Assembly: GCA_020048645.1 (NCBI GenBank)
Contig: JAIFMG010000047.1
Coordinates: 3,552-67,551 of the forward strand
Source: Bacteroidota bacterium
Lineage (GTDB): Bacteria > Bacteroidota > Bacteroidia > Bacteroidales > UBA6013
Length of the DNA stretch: 64,000 bases
Reading direction: 5' to 3'
This document shows positions 28,001-36,324 of the stretch, in pieces. A program made the position numbers and the translations under genes. The notes beneath the pieces were generated by a model. That model made no database searches. It was not told the DNA's origin and saw nothing but the letters and a program-made list of their open reading frames with translations. Each line of letters begins with the position of its first letter. The first letter of the stretch is position 1.

Positions 28001-28334
28001 CACCCTGGTCAAGCTGGCCAAGCTCTTCAAGAGCCAGACCATCGGCAAGGAGGGCGTGGTCATGCTGGTCAACCAGGACGGCTCGGAGAACATCTACATC
28101 ATCCTCCGGGGGAAGATGTTCTACAAGAAGCACGACAAGGTGGTCTCGAAGTTCACCAACCGCGACATCGTGGTCCGCGGGCTCAACGTGGAGCTCAACG
28201 CCCGCGAGATCTTCTCGGAGCGCAACACGACCCTGCTGGCGGGCAACCGCTTCTCGTACTTCAACCTGCTGGTGGACGAGACCGAGATCATCCGCTACAT
28301 GTTCGAGGTGCAGCAGCCCAGCGGCAAGAAGTGA
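25068..28334 (+). CDS. Second copy of the giant permease / HEAT-like / cNMP-binding-like fusion protein
   Basis: 1088 aa from the ATG at 25068 (alternative start at 25083). It is colinear with 13197..16511. Examples: IRRSEIPDEIFLCLHHADELVYSTAAKIIYDEHP against IRRSEMPDEIFACLYHADELIYSTAAKIIYDENP, and LLSFVYQPATIELIKTNIIGENIIFALEIIDNFI against LLSFLYQPATIDLIKKNIIGENTIFALEIIENFI. Confidence 0.75.
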   Translation: MATLEMKPFLLKTFNLKPEEGLKFTLLFFHSFFLGLFIAFYFVTANAVFIDHYDSKMVPVAYLVAGISGYLMTSIYSYMQKRVNSLVLFLTALSFMLVIPLAGRLGLNFFDEQRLSFFVFIWGWPFISLVGIESGGLALRFFNLRQVKRLFGLVNMGGVIASIIGYLVIPVLLRHLGHAYDLLYFGAVSVLVSVVMLLLIYKNFSTETTQMTSLQKPKDSEKKGFLKLSHDRYYALIFLSACFSMTVIYIMDFGFLATTKSQISDPAKLSYFLSIVFAALKIGELILSYFSGRILSNRGVKLGLTILPVTLSLLLVGALASELVSSVASVGFFAFMVLGKSLERIIRRALDDPAFNILYQLLPDDEKLSVQTRVGVIMQLSISIAGGVLWLFTEIFKTPDQGFDLYYFPFIFLPILLAWSFIAFKLYKRYKLKLRDILEERNRKKAKQVHRDIYGSDVLSNELKTERDIESLRLAVTILSETNPRNIEPHAAHLLRLNDSTIRKAILSNINPSWTLDVKAPIQEILARPDQADEETLELAQLALCSFDYADIEAHQPEQILAMVDSNSIRDRITVVKYLFYKELPDDERVIFRLLEDPDKTIRQAAIRLAGKARTPALTRHLVHLIETPEFHHITGSTLVELGEEVLPELNGLVRPAQDAIVIKKVIEIGARIGTLAAKEMLLALVNYPDKEVQRAVIQGLYFCHFQVTEEQAPVVKKKIQEVVGNILWAYVTISDIEAEKNTLKLVQAIDLERENEFELLFTLLSFVYQPATIELIKTNIIGENIIFALEIIDNFIAQDVKQLIIPIIDKVSVNQRAKKLKAYFNFERMRLAERLKDIILEDYSRVDMWSKNKAIELLAKLFKGKKSQEIKAKEEDTYRDVPIWTKEEAADVLSKIRRSEIPDEIFLCLHHADELVYSTAAKIIYDEHPVTCVNHLKKLSPVKQEMIEILENSMSDLLLERVKLLKRIPLFFRLPENTLVKLAKLFKSQTIGKEGVVMLVNQDGSENIYIILRGKMFYKKHDKVVSKFTNRDIVVRGLNVELNAREIFSERNTTLLAGNRFSYFNLLVDETEIIRYMFEVQQPSGKK

Positions 28335-28573
28335 GCCTGCCGGCCTTGCCCTAGGCTTCCGCCTGGTCTTTCGCGTCCCCCCCCCCCGGGGCTGCCTTCT
28401 GGAATGGCGCGCCGGGGGCGCGGATCGGGCAGATGGGCACCGGCGAGCCCTTGGAATTGGCGCCCTCCGTCCGTCACCGGCCCCCAAGTTTCCACAAAGG
28501 AAAGCGGAGCAGCCGTTTTTTTTGTTTTTTTGGGCCGCCAATCCCGCCGCCCGCAACTTCACCCGCTGACAAC

Positions 28574-29263
28574 ATGATCCTCTGCATCGAAAGCTCATCC
28601 CAGAACTGCTCGGTGGCCCTGTGGCACCAGGGCCGCGTCGCGGGCCTGATCGAGGAGGACACTCCCCGGGCCCACGCCAGCCTGCTCTCGGTCTTCGTCG
28701 AGAGGCTGCTGGCCCAGGCGGGCATCTCGCCGAGGGAGCTCGACGCCGTGGCTGCCAGCGCCGGGCCGGGCTCCTACACGGGCCTGCGCATCGGCGTCTC
28801 GCTGGCCAAGGGCATCGCCTTCGGGGCCGGCGTCCCGCTGCTGGCCGTGGACACCCTGGCCAGCCTGGCCCACCACGCGGGCCAGGCGGCCGGCAATCCG
28901 CCCGGCGCGCTGTTCTACCCGACGGTCGATGCCGGCCGCACGGAGCTCTTCGCGGGCATCTACGACGGCCAGGGCAGGGCCCTGCGCGCGGCGGGGCCCG
29001 AGTTCGTGGAGCAGGAGCCCTGGATGCCCCAGCTCGGGCAGGGGCCGCTGGTGGTGCTCGGCTCGGGCGCCCCCAAGTGCGAGCAGGCCATCCGCCACCC
29101 CAACGCCAGCTTCCGCCCCGAGGTCCTGCCTTCGGCCAGCCACCTGGGCCCCCTGGCCCAGCGCGCGCTCGAGGCTGGCCAACTGGCCGACCTGGCCTAC
29201 TTCGAGCCTTTGTACCTCAAGGCCTACGTGGCCAAGTTGCCCAGCAAAAACGTTTTCCGATGA
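28574..29263 (+). CDS. tsaB: tRNA N6-threonylcarbamoyladenosine (t6A) biosynthesis protein TsaB
   Basis: 229 aa. MILCIESSSQNCSVAL...LDAVAASAGPGSYTGLRIGVSLAKGIAFGAGVPLLAVDTL is the YeaZ/TsaB signature. Confidence 0.85.
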   Translation: MILCIESSSQNCSVALWHQGRVAGLIEEDTPRAHASLLSVFVERLLAQAGISPRELDAVAASAGPGSYTGLRIGVSLAKGIAFGAGVPLLAVDTLASLAHHAGQAAGNPPGALFYPTVDAGRTELFAGIYDGQGRALRAAGPEFVEQEPWMPQLGQGPLVVLGSGAPKCEQAIRHPNASFRPEVLPSASHLGPLAQRALEAGQLADLAYFEPLYLKAYVAKLPSKNVFR

Positions 29264-29862
29264 GCAAGATGACCCACCGGCGGCGCAAGGTCGCCATTCT
29301 GGTTTACGAGGGGGTCGAGGCCATGGACCTGGCCGCCCCGGCCGAGGTCTTCGGCTTCCTGAAGGAGCACTTCGAGGCCTGGACCGTGGGCCTGGACCTC
29401 GGGCCCGTGCGCAGCCAAGGCTTCCTGGCCCTGCTGCCCGACCACGACCTGGAGTCCTGCCCGCCGATGGACATCCTGGTGGTGCCCGGAGGCGAGGTGG
29501 ACGCGCTCATGGGCCATGCCGCGCTGCGCCGCTGGCTGGCCGACCGGAGCCAGGGCGTGGAGATCCTCTTCTCGATCTGCACCGGCGCGGGCCTGCTGGC
29601 CGACGCCGGCCTGCTCCGCGACATGGAGGTCTGCACTTTCCACAACTACTACCAGAAGCTCCGGGCCCTGGAGCCGACCTGCCGCGTGGACGTCCACTCG
29701 CGCTTCCGCCTGAACGGCAAGGTGCTCACGGCGGCCGGGGTCAGCGCGGGCATCGACGCCTCGCTCTTCCTGGTGGGCCGCCTGCTGGGCACCTCCGTGG
29801 CCCAGATGGTGGCCGCCTACATGGAGTATCCCCTGTCGAACGAGTGGCAGCACGAGCGTTGA
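29260..29862 (+). CDS. DJ-1/PfpI family protein
   Basis: 200 aa. KVAILVYEGVEAMDLAAPAEVF, DILVVPGG and the nucleophile-elbow-like FSICTGAGLLADAGLL are present. Its ATG overlaps the tsaB stop (ATGA). Confidence 0.75.
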   Translation: MSKMTHRRRKVAILVYEGVEAMDLAAPAEVFGFLKEHFEAWTVGLDLGPVRSQGFLALLPDHDLESCPPMDILVVPGGEVDALMGHAALRRWLADRSQGVEILFSICTGAGLLADAGLLRDMEVCTFHNYYQKLRALEPTCRVDVHSRFRLNGKVLTAAGVSAGIDASLFLVGRLLGTSVAQMVAAYMEYPLSNEWQHER

Positions 29863-31010
29863 AGATAGCCGTCAACACCCGCCTGCTGCTCGAAAACCGG
29901 CTGGAGGGCATCGGCTGGTTCGCCTACGAGACGCTCTCGCGGCTGGCCCGCTGGCATCCCGAGGTGGAGTTCGTCTTCCTGTTCGACAGGCCGTTTTCGC
30001 AGCAATTCGTCTTCGGGCCCAACGTCCGGGCGGTGGTGCTGGGCCCGCAGGCCCGGCATCCGGTCTTGTTCGTGGCCTGGTTCGAGCTGTCGGTGGCCCG
30101 CTTCCTGGACCGCGAGAAGCCGGACCTGTTCCTTTCGCCCGACGGCTTCCTCTCGCTGCGGACGCGGGTGCCGAGCCTGGCGGTCATCCACGACCTGAAC
30201 TTCATGCACCGCCCGCAGGACCTGCCGTGGCTGGTGCGCTCGTACTACCGCTTCTTCTTCCCGCGGTTCGCGGCGGCGGCGGCCCGGGTGGCCACGGTGT
30301 CGGACTACTCGCGGCAGGACCTGGTGCGGACCTTCGGGCTGGAGGCCGGGCGGGTGGACGTGGTCCTGAACGGGGCCAGCGCCAGCTTCGCGCCGCTCGG
30401 CCCGGCCGAGCGGGAGCAGGCCCGGGCGGAGTTCGCCCAGGGGCAGGGCTACTTCGTGTTCGTGGGGAGCCTGCACCCGCGCAAGAACGTCGAGGGGATG
30501 CTGGAGGCTTTCGAGCGCTTCAAGAGCGAGTCGCCCACGCCGGCCAAGCTGGTGGTGGTGGGCCGCGAGATGTTCAAGACGGGCGGCATCGGGCGGCTGC
30601 TGGGGCGGATGCGCCACCGGGCGGACGTGCTGTTCACCGGGCGGCTGGAGCCCGACAGGCTCCGGCTGGCCCTGGGCGGGGCCGAGGCGCTGGTGTTCGT
30701 GCCCTTCTTCGAGGGCTTCGGCATCCCGCTGCTGGAGGCCATGCAGGCGGGCGTGCCGGTGCTCAGCTCCGACCGCACCTCTTTGCCCGAGGTGGCCGGA
30801 GGCGCGGCCCTGCTGGTCCCGCCCGACGACATCGGGGCCATCGCCCGCGGCATGGCCGCGCTCTGGCACGACAAGGCCCTGGCGGCCCGGCTGGTCGCCA
30901 GGGGGCTCCGCCGGGCGCAGGACTTTTCCTGGGACAAGACCGCCCGCGCCCTCTGGCGCAGCGTCGAGAAGGCCCTGGCGCAAGGAGGCCCGGCGGCGGC
31001 GCGGCCGTGA
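29859..31010 (+). CDS. Glycosyltransferase family 4 (GT-B, RfaG-like)
   Basis: A probable TTG start at 29859 (LKIAVNTRLL, where homologues usually begin MKIAVNTRLL) overlaps the upstream TGA. A GTG at 29844 is the alternative. The C-terminal motif reads FVPFFEGFGIPLLEAMQAGVPVLSSDRTSLPEVAG (EX7E-type). Confidence 0.8.
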   Translation: MKIAVNTRLLLENRLEGIGWFAYETLSRLARWHPEVEFVFLFDRPFSQQFVFGPNVRAVVLGPQARHPVLFVAWFELSVARFLDREKPDLFLSPDGFLSLRTRVPSLAVIHDLNFMHRPQDLPWLVRSYYRFFFPRFAAAAARVATVSDYSRQDLVRTFGLEAGRVDVVLNGASASFAPLGPAEREQARAEFAQGQGYFVFVGSLHPRKNVEGMLEAFERFKSESPTPAKLVVVGREMFKTGGIGRLLGRMRHRADVLFTGRLEPDRLRLALGGAEALVFVPFFEGFGIPLLEAMQAGVPVLSSDRTSLPEVAGGAALLVPPDDIGAIARGMAALWHDKALAARLVARGLRRAQDFSWDKTARALWRSVEKALAQGGPAAARP

Positions 31011-31137
31011 CCCCATCCGCCGCTTTGCCGCGCGCGCCAAGCGAATGCCGCGTTTGGACCTGGTTCGCTTTCCGAAATTGCCCGAAGTCGCGTAACTTGC
31101 GCGGACGTCAAGGCACGAACCTAAAACCAACCCTCCC

Positions 31138-32499
31138 ATGAAAAGGCATCTCGCTTTCTTGGTTTCCTTCCTGTGCTCGGGGGCGCTTCTCGCGCAGATC
31201 CCTTCGGGCTACTACGCTTCGGCCCAAGGGCTGACGGGCCAGCCGTTGCGCCAGGCCCTGCACAACATCATCGACGGCCACAGCCAGCAGTCCTACACCT
31301 CGCTCTGGACGCATTTCCAGCAGACCGACAAGAAGGACAACGGGAAGGTCTGGGACATGTACTCCGACGTGCCCGGAGGCACTCCGCCGTACCAGTACAC
31401 CTTCAGCTCCGACCAGTGCGGCAACTACACCGGCGAGGGCGACTGCTACAACCGCGAGCACTCCTGGCCCAAGAGCTGGTTCAACGACCAGTATCCGGCC
31501 TACTCGGACCTGTTCCACCTTTACCCCACCGACGGCTACGTGAACTCCAAGCGCAGCAACTACCCCTTCGGCGAGGTCTCGAACCCCTCGTGGACCTCGC
31601 AGAACGGCAGCAAGCTGGGCCAGAACACGCACCCGGGCTTCACCGGCACGGTCTTCGAGCCCATCGACGCCTACAAGGGCGACTTCGCCCGCACCTACTT
31701 CTACATGTCCACCCGCTACTACACCGAGGACAGCGGCTGGGGCTCCAACGAGATGGTCGATCGCTCCACCCTCCGCGAGGGGGCGGCCAGCATGCTCATG
31801 GAGTGGCACCTGGCCGACCCGGTCTCGGAGAAGGAGCTCGAGCGCAACGACGCCGTCCACGACATCCAGGGCAACCGCAACCCCTTCATCGACCACCCGG
31901 AGTACGCCCAGCAGATCTGGGGCGCGCCCAACCAGCAGCCCTACTTCGTCTCCGAGCCGGTGACCCAGGCCGAGCAGGGGCAGCCCTACACCTACCAGGT
32001 GCAGGCCCAGGACCCCGAGTCCGACCCGCTCGACTTCATCTTCCCCTTCGGCACCGCCCTGCCCACCTGGCTGCAGCTCGAGGACTACGGCAGTGGCCAG
32101 GCCCGCCTGTTCGGCACGCCCCCCGCGACGGTCTCCGGCCCCGTGTCCCTGACCCTGACCGTCACGGACGGCATCTCGGGCAACGTGAGCCAGCCCTTCA
32201 CCTTGGAGGTGGACGTGGCCACGGGCGTTTCCAGCCCGGCCCAGGCCAGCCTGCGCTTCGACGCGCTGCCGGCCGACGAGCGGCTGGGCTGCCACCTCTG
32301 GCTCGACCGGGGCTCCGAGGTCGGCCTGGCCTTGTTTGACGCCACGGGCCAGATGGTCTGGGCCAGCCACCTGGGCGGGCGCCCGGCGGGCGAGCTCTCG
32401 TGGGAGGTGCCCACCGCCGGCCTGGCCGAGGGGCTCTACTTCCTGCGGGTGGAGGCCAACGCGCTCGTGGCCAGCCACAAGGTGATGGTCAAGCACTGA
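31138..32499 (+). CDS. Secreted endonuclease I family nuclease with an Ig-like insert and a T9SS type-A C-terminal sorting domain
   Basis: 453 aa with a signal peptide (FLVSFLCSGALLAQ). NREHSWPKSWF, DLFHLYPTDGYVNSKRSNYPFGEV, GDFARTYFYMSTRY and GNRNPFIDHPEYA fit the Endonuclease_1 family. The C-terminus (GLYFLRVEANALVASHKVMVKH) resembles a Por secretion tail. Confidence 0.8.
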   Translation: MKRHLAFLVSFLCSGALLAQIPSGYYASAQGLTGQPLRQALHNIIDGHSQQSYTSLWTHFQQTDKKDNGKVWDMYSDVPGGTPPYQYTFSSDQCGNYTGEGDCYNREHSWPKSWFNDQYPAYSDLFHLYPTDGYVNSKRSNYPFGEVSNPSWTSQNGSKLGQNTHPGFTGTVFEPIDAYKGDFARTYFYMSTRYYTEDSGWGSNEMVDRSTLREGAASMLMEWHLADPVSEKELERNDAVHDIQGNRNPFIDHPEYAQQIWGAPNQQPYFVSEPVTQAEQGQPYTYQVQAQDPESDPLDFIFPFGTALPTWLQLEDYGSGQARLFGTPPATVSGPVSLTLTVTDGISGNVSQPFTLEVDVATGVSSPAQASLRFDALPADERLGCHLWLDRGSEVGLALFDATGQMVWASHLGGRPAGELSWEVPTAGLAEGLYFLRVEANALVASHKVMVKH

Positions 32500-32636
32500 G
32501 GAGGCGTCCTGCCCTGGCCGGAGCCCAAGCCCAGGGGGCAGGATGGGAAGACCGCGAGAGAGCCTGAAGCCGCGCGGCCAGGCAAGCCCTTGGCCTTCTG
32601 GCCTTTGAAGTCCGAACCCAAACCCAGCGGCGCCCC

Positions 32637-33431
32637 ATGACGACGACCGACAGCCCGATGCTGGACCTGGAGCAGGTCAAGGAGCTCCTGGACGAGAAGC
32701 TAGACGCCTTCAACCGCCACGACTTCTACGTGCCCAGCGACCCGATACAGGTGCCGCACCTGTTCGGCGGCCGCGAGGACATCGAGGTGGCGGCCTTCTT
32801 GGCGGCGGCCATCGCGTGGGGCCAGCGCAAGACAGTGGTGGCCAACGCGCTGGAGCTGGCCCGGCGGATGGACATGCGCCCGGGGCAGTTCGTCCGCGAG
32901 GCCAGCGACGCCGAGCTGGCCAGCTTCGCCGACTTCAAGCACCGGACCTTCAACGGCCAGGACTGCGTCTTCTTCCTGCGCTCGCTGCGGTGGATCTACC
33001 AGCGGCACGGGGGCCTCGAGGAGGTCTTCAGCCGGGGTTTCGCGCTGGGGCGGGGCTCGTTCGGGGCCTTGGCGCATTTCAGGGAGGTGTTCCTGGAGGT
33101 TGACCATCCGCCGCGCTCGCGCAAGCACGTGGCCGACGTGCGGGCGGGCTCGGCGGCCAAGCGGCTGAACATGTTCTTGCGCTGGATGGTCCGCCGCGAC
33201 GACCGCGGGGTGGACTTCGGGCTGTGGAGCCGGGTGCCGATGGCGGAGCTTTCGATCCCGCTGGACGTGCATGTGGGCAGGGTGGCACGGGCTTTGGGCA
33301 TCTTGTCGCGCCGGCAGGACGACTGGCGGGCCGTGGAGGAGCTTGACGCCGTCTTGCGCGGCTTCGACCCCTCGGATCCGTGCAAGTACGACTACGCCCT
33401 CTTCGGCCTGGGTGTGTTCGAGAAATTCTGA
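32637..33431 (+). CDS. TIGR02757 (DUF2400) family protein
   Basis: 264 aa. DPIQVPHLF, EVAAFLAAAIAWGQRKTVV, FKHRTFNGQDCVFFLRSL, LSIPLDVHVGRVARALGIL and KYDYALFGLGV match my recollection of this family. Confidence 0.65.
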   Translation: MTTTDSPMLDLEQVKELLDEKLDAFNRHDFYVPSDPIQVPHLFGGREDIEVAAFLAAAIAWGQRKTVVANALELARRMDMRPGQFVREASDAELASFADFKHRTFNGQDCVFFLRSLRWIYQRHGGLEEVFSRGFALGRGSFGALAHFREVFLEVDHPPRSRKHVADVRAGSAAKRLNMFLRWMVRRDDRGVDFGLWSRVPMAELSIPLDVHVGRVARALGILSRRQDDWRAVEELDAVLRGFDPSDPCKYDYALFGLGVFEKF

Positions 33432-33460
33432 CACCAGGGCCATCCCCCCAAAAAAAGAAA

Positions 33461-34066
33461 ATGACACTACCCTTTGAGAAAACATTCGGCGGCATGGCCA
33501 TCGGCTTCCGGCTGCTGTCGCCCTCGGACAGCGCGGCGCTGGTCGATTTCTACGAGCACCTATCGCGCGAGACGCGGATGAAGCGCTTCCAGGTGGACAC
33601 GAGCCGTGTCTCGCCCGAGCGGGTCCAGGAGCACGCCCGGTCGCTGTGCGAGCTGGTTCCGCACCAGCACGTCGCGGTGGTGGCCTCGCACCAGGGCGCG
33701 CTGGTGGGCGTGGCGCGCTTCGCCCGCGAGAAGTCGCGCTACAACGTGGCCGAGATGGCCGTGGTGGTCCGGGACGACTACCAGAACATGGGCATCGGCT
33801 CGCAACTGATGGAGCTGGCCCGCGAGCTGGCGGTGGCGGACGGCATCGAGCACTTCTACGCTCTGGTGCTGGCCTCGAACCAGCGGCTGCTGAACTTCCT
33901 CAAGCGGGTGAGCCTGCACATCGAGACGCACAGCTCGCAGGGGCAGACGGAGGTCTTCGCGCGCATCAGCCCGTCGGCCGGGCCGCTCCCGCCGCCCGAG
34001 GAGGTGCATCCGGGCGAGCTCCGGCCGGACCGGAGCTTCTTCAAGAAGATGTTCGACTGGGTGTGA
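33461..34066 (+). CDS. GNAT family N-acetyltransferase
   Basis: 201 aa from the ATG at 33461. The acetyl-CoA binding core reads VVVRDDYQNMGIGSQLMELARELAVADGIEHFYALVLASNQRLLNFLKRV (Q/R-x-x-G-x-G/A). Confidence 0.75.
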   Translation: MTLPFEKTFGGMAIGFRLLSPSDSAALVDFYEHLSRETRMKRFQVDTSRVSPERVQEHARSLCELVPHQHVAVVASHQGALVGVARFAREKSRYNVAEMAVVVRDDYQNMGIGSQLMELARELAVADGIEHFYALVLASNQRLLNFLKRVSLHIETHSSQGQTEVFARISPSAGPLPPPEEVHPGELRPDRSFFKKMFDWV

Positions 34067-34148
34067 GGCTCGGCGCCGCGAGGGTGGGGCAGGCGAAAAA
34101 AAGCGTAAGTTCGCGGGGCGTCCGCGGCCAAATCCGGGACGCGAGAAC

Positions 34149-34814
34149 ATGAGCAACCCTACCGACGTGATCTACCCGGAACGGGAACCGATCCTGCGGC
34201 GTTTCGCCGAGGTCTCGGGCCGCCTGGGGGCCTTCCCCACCGACTGGTCGGCCTTCGCCAAGAGCCTTGGCCAGGAGCCGCACGGCCTGCGCGAGCATTT
34301 CGACGACTTCGAGCAGATGCACCAGGCCACCTGGGTCTGGCTGTTCAAGCAGACGCTCGGCAAGCTGGAGGAGGACCCGGTTTACCTGGACTACTCGGTG
34401 CGCGAGAAGATGCTGGCCTTCTACTTCACCTGGCTGGAGGCCCTGGAGGAGCACCGCCCCTTCGCGAAGCTGTCGCTGGCCCGCGACTGGGCGCGGCCTT
34501 CGCTCCTGCCCGCGGGCCTCGAGGCCCTTCGCGGGAAGTTCGACCAGTATGTGGCGAGCCTTTTGGACGAGGGCGAGCAGACGGGCGAGGTGCTGCGGCG
34601 CCCCATCCTGACCGACCAACTGGCCAAGACGCTGTGGCTGAAGCTGGTCTTCGTGCTGCGCTTCTGGTGCAAGGACGAGAGCCCCAGCCGCGAGCGCACC
34701 GACGCCGCCGTCGAGAAGGCCGTCCACCTGGCCTTCGACCTGCTGGGCCGCACGCCGCTCGACACGGCCTTCGACCTGGGCAAATTCCTCTGGCAGAGCC
34801 GCGGGGGCCGCTGA
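34149..34814 (+). CDS. TetR/AcrR-like transcriptional regulator (divergent HTH)
   Basis: 221 aa. ILRRFAEVSGRLGAFPTDWSAFAKSLGQEPHGLREHFDDFEQM aligns by eye to the TetR N-terminal HTH pattern. The rest is all-helical. The assignment is tentative. Confidence 0.5.
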   Translation: MSNPTDVIYPEREPILRRFAEVSGRLGAFPTDWSAFAKSLGQEPHGLREHFDDFEQMHQATWVWLFKQTLGKLEEDPVYLDYSVREKMLAFYFTWLEALEEHRPFAKLSLARDWARPSLLPAGLEALRGKFDQYVASLLDEGEQTGEVLRRPILTDQLAKTLWLKLVFVLRFWCKDESPSRERTDAAVEKAVHLAFDLLGRTPLDTAFDLGKFLWQSRGGR

Positions 34815-34865
34815 TCGGCGGGCTTGGCCTTCGCATTTTTCCGAACCAAAAACACAAGCAAGCCC

Positions 34866-36167
34866 ATGGAAGAGCAGTCGAAAATCCCCACGAGCAAGGT
34901 CAAGCGCGCCGGAAAGTTCATCAGCACCGGGGCCAAGGTGGGAGGCAACTACATCAGGCACTACACCAAGAAGGTCTTCAACCGAGACCTGGGCAAGGAA
35001 GAGCTGCACGAGGCCAACGCCCAGCAGATCTACGACTCGCTGAGCGAGCTCAAGGGCAGCGCGCTGAAGGTGGCCCAGATGATCAGCATGGAGAAGAACG
35101 TCCTGCCCTCGGCCTACGCCGAGAAGTTCGCGATGGCGCAGTTCAACGCCCCGCCCTTGTCGTACCCGCTGGTGGTCAAGACGTTCCGGCAGCAGTTGGG
35201 CAAGGCCCCGCACGAGGTGTTCGACGAGTTCGGGCAGAAGGCCGTGAACGCGGCCTCGATGGGCCAGGTCCACCAGGCGGTGAAGGACGGGCAGAAGCTG
35301 GCCGTCAAGGTGCAGTATCCCGGGGTGGCCGACAGCGTGAAGGCCGACCTGCGGATGGTGCGCCCCTTCGCGCTGCAACTGCTGAACATGACGGGCAAGG
35401 AGCTGGACCACTACATGGAGGAGGTGGAGGTGATGCTGCTCCAGGAGACGGACTACGAGCTGGAGCTGCGCCGGTCGGTCGAGATCTCGGGGGCCTGCGC
35501 GCACCTGCCGAACATCGCCTTCGCGCGCTACTTCCCGGAGCTCTCCTCTGGCCGCATCCTGACGATGAGCTGGCTGGAAGGCAGGCTGCTCAAGGAGTTC
35601 ATCGAGTCGGGCCCCGACCAGGCCAGTCGCGACAAGGTGGGCCAGACGCTGTGGGACTTCTACGAGTACCAGGTACACGTGCTGCGCCAGTTGCACGCGG
35701 ACCCGCACCCGGGCAACTTCATCGTGCAGGACGACGGGCGGCTGGCGGTCATCGACTTCGGGGCGGTCAAGCAGATACCGGCGGACTTCTACGAGCACTA
35801 CTTCCGGCTGATGAAGCAGCCGCTGGCCGGCCTGCCCCAGGGCGAGCTGGAGGCCATGTACGCGGACCTGGGGCTCCTGCTGGAGACCGACACGGCCCAG
35901 GAGCGGGAGCTGTTCATGGGCCTGCTCACGGAGATGATCGGCCTGGTGGGCGAGCCGTTCTTCGTGGACGAGTTCGACTTCAGCGACCCGTCGTACTTCC
36001 AGCGCCTCTACGAGGCGGGCGACCGCCACTCGCGGAACAAGGAACTGCGCAAGGCCAACGCCGCGCGGGGCTCGCGGCACGCCATCTACGTCAACCGCAC
36101 CTACTTCGGCATCTACTCGATATTGAACCAGTTGGGGGCCAGGGTGCGCACCCGGGGCCGCTTTTGA
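34866..36167 (+). CDS. ABC1/UbiB-family atypical protein kinase
   Basis: 433 aa. LKGSALKVAQMISM, FDEFGQKAVNAASMGQVHQAV..GQKLAVKVQYPGV and HADPHPGNFIVQDDGRLAVIDFGAV are the ABC1 kinase motifs. Confidence 0.85.
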   Translation: MEEQSKIPTSKVKRAGKFISTGAKVGGNYIRHYTKKVFNRDLGKEELHEANAQQIYDSLSELKGSALKVAQMISMEKNVLPSAYAEKFAMAQFNAPPLSYPLVVKTFRQQLGKAPHEVFDEFGQKAVNAASMGQVHQAVKDGQKLAVKVQYPGVADSVKADLRMVRPFALQLLNMTGKELDHYMEEVEVMLLQETDYELELRRSVEISGACAHLPNIAFARYFPELSSGRILTMSWLEGRLLKEFIESGPDQASRDKVGQTLWDFYEYQVHVLRQLHADPHPGNFIVQDDGRLAVIDFGAVKQIPADFYEHYFRLMKQPLAGLPQGELEAMYADLGLLLETDTAQERELFMGLLTEMIGLVGEPFFVDEFDFSDPSYFQRLYEAGDRHSRNKELRKANAARGSRHAIYVNRTYFGIYSILNQLGARVRTRGRF

Positions 36168-36324
36168 TGGGCACGAGTGCCGCGTCTTGCCATTTTTCGA
36201 TGAAAATCGCTACATTTCGCACGGCTTTCCGGCCTGTCCCGTCCCGCCATGGGCCTGGCCTGGGCCTTTTCCGTTATCCTGTCCTCTCCCGATTCACAAC
36301 AAACCCTTAAAAAATCGCAGTTCA

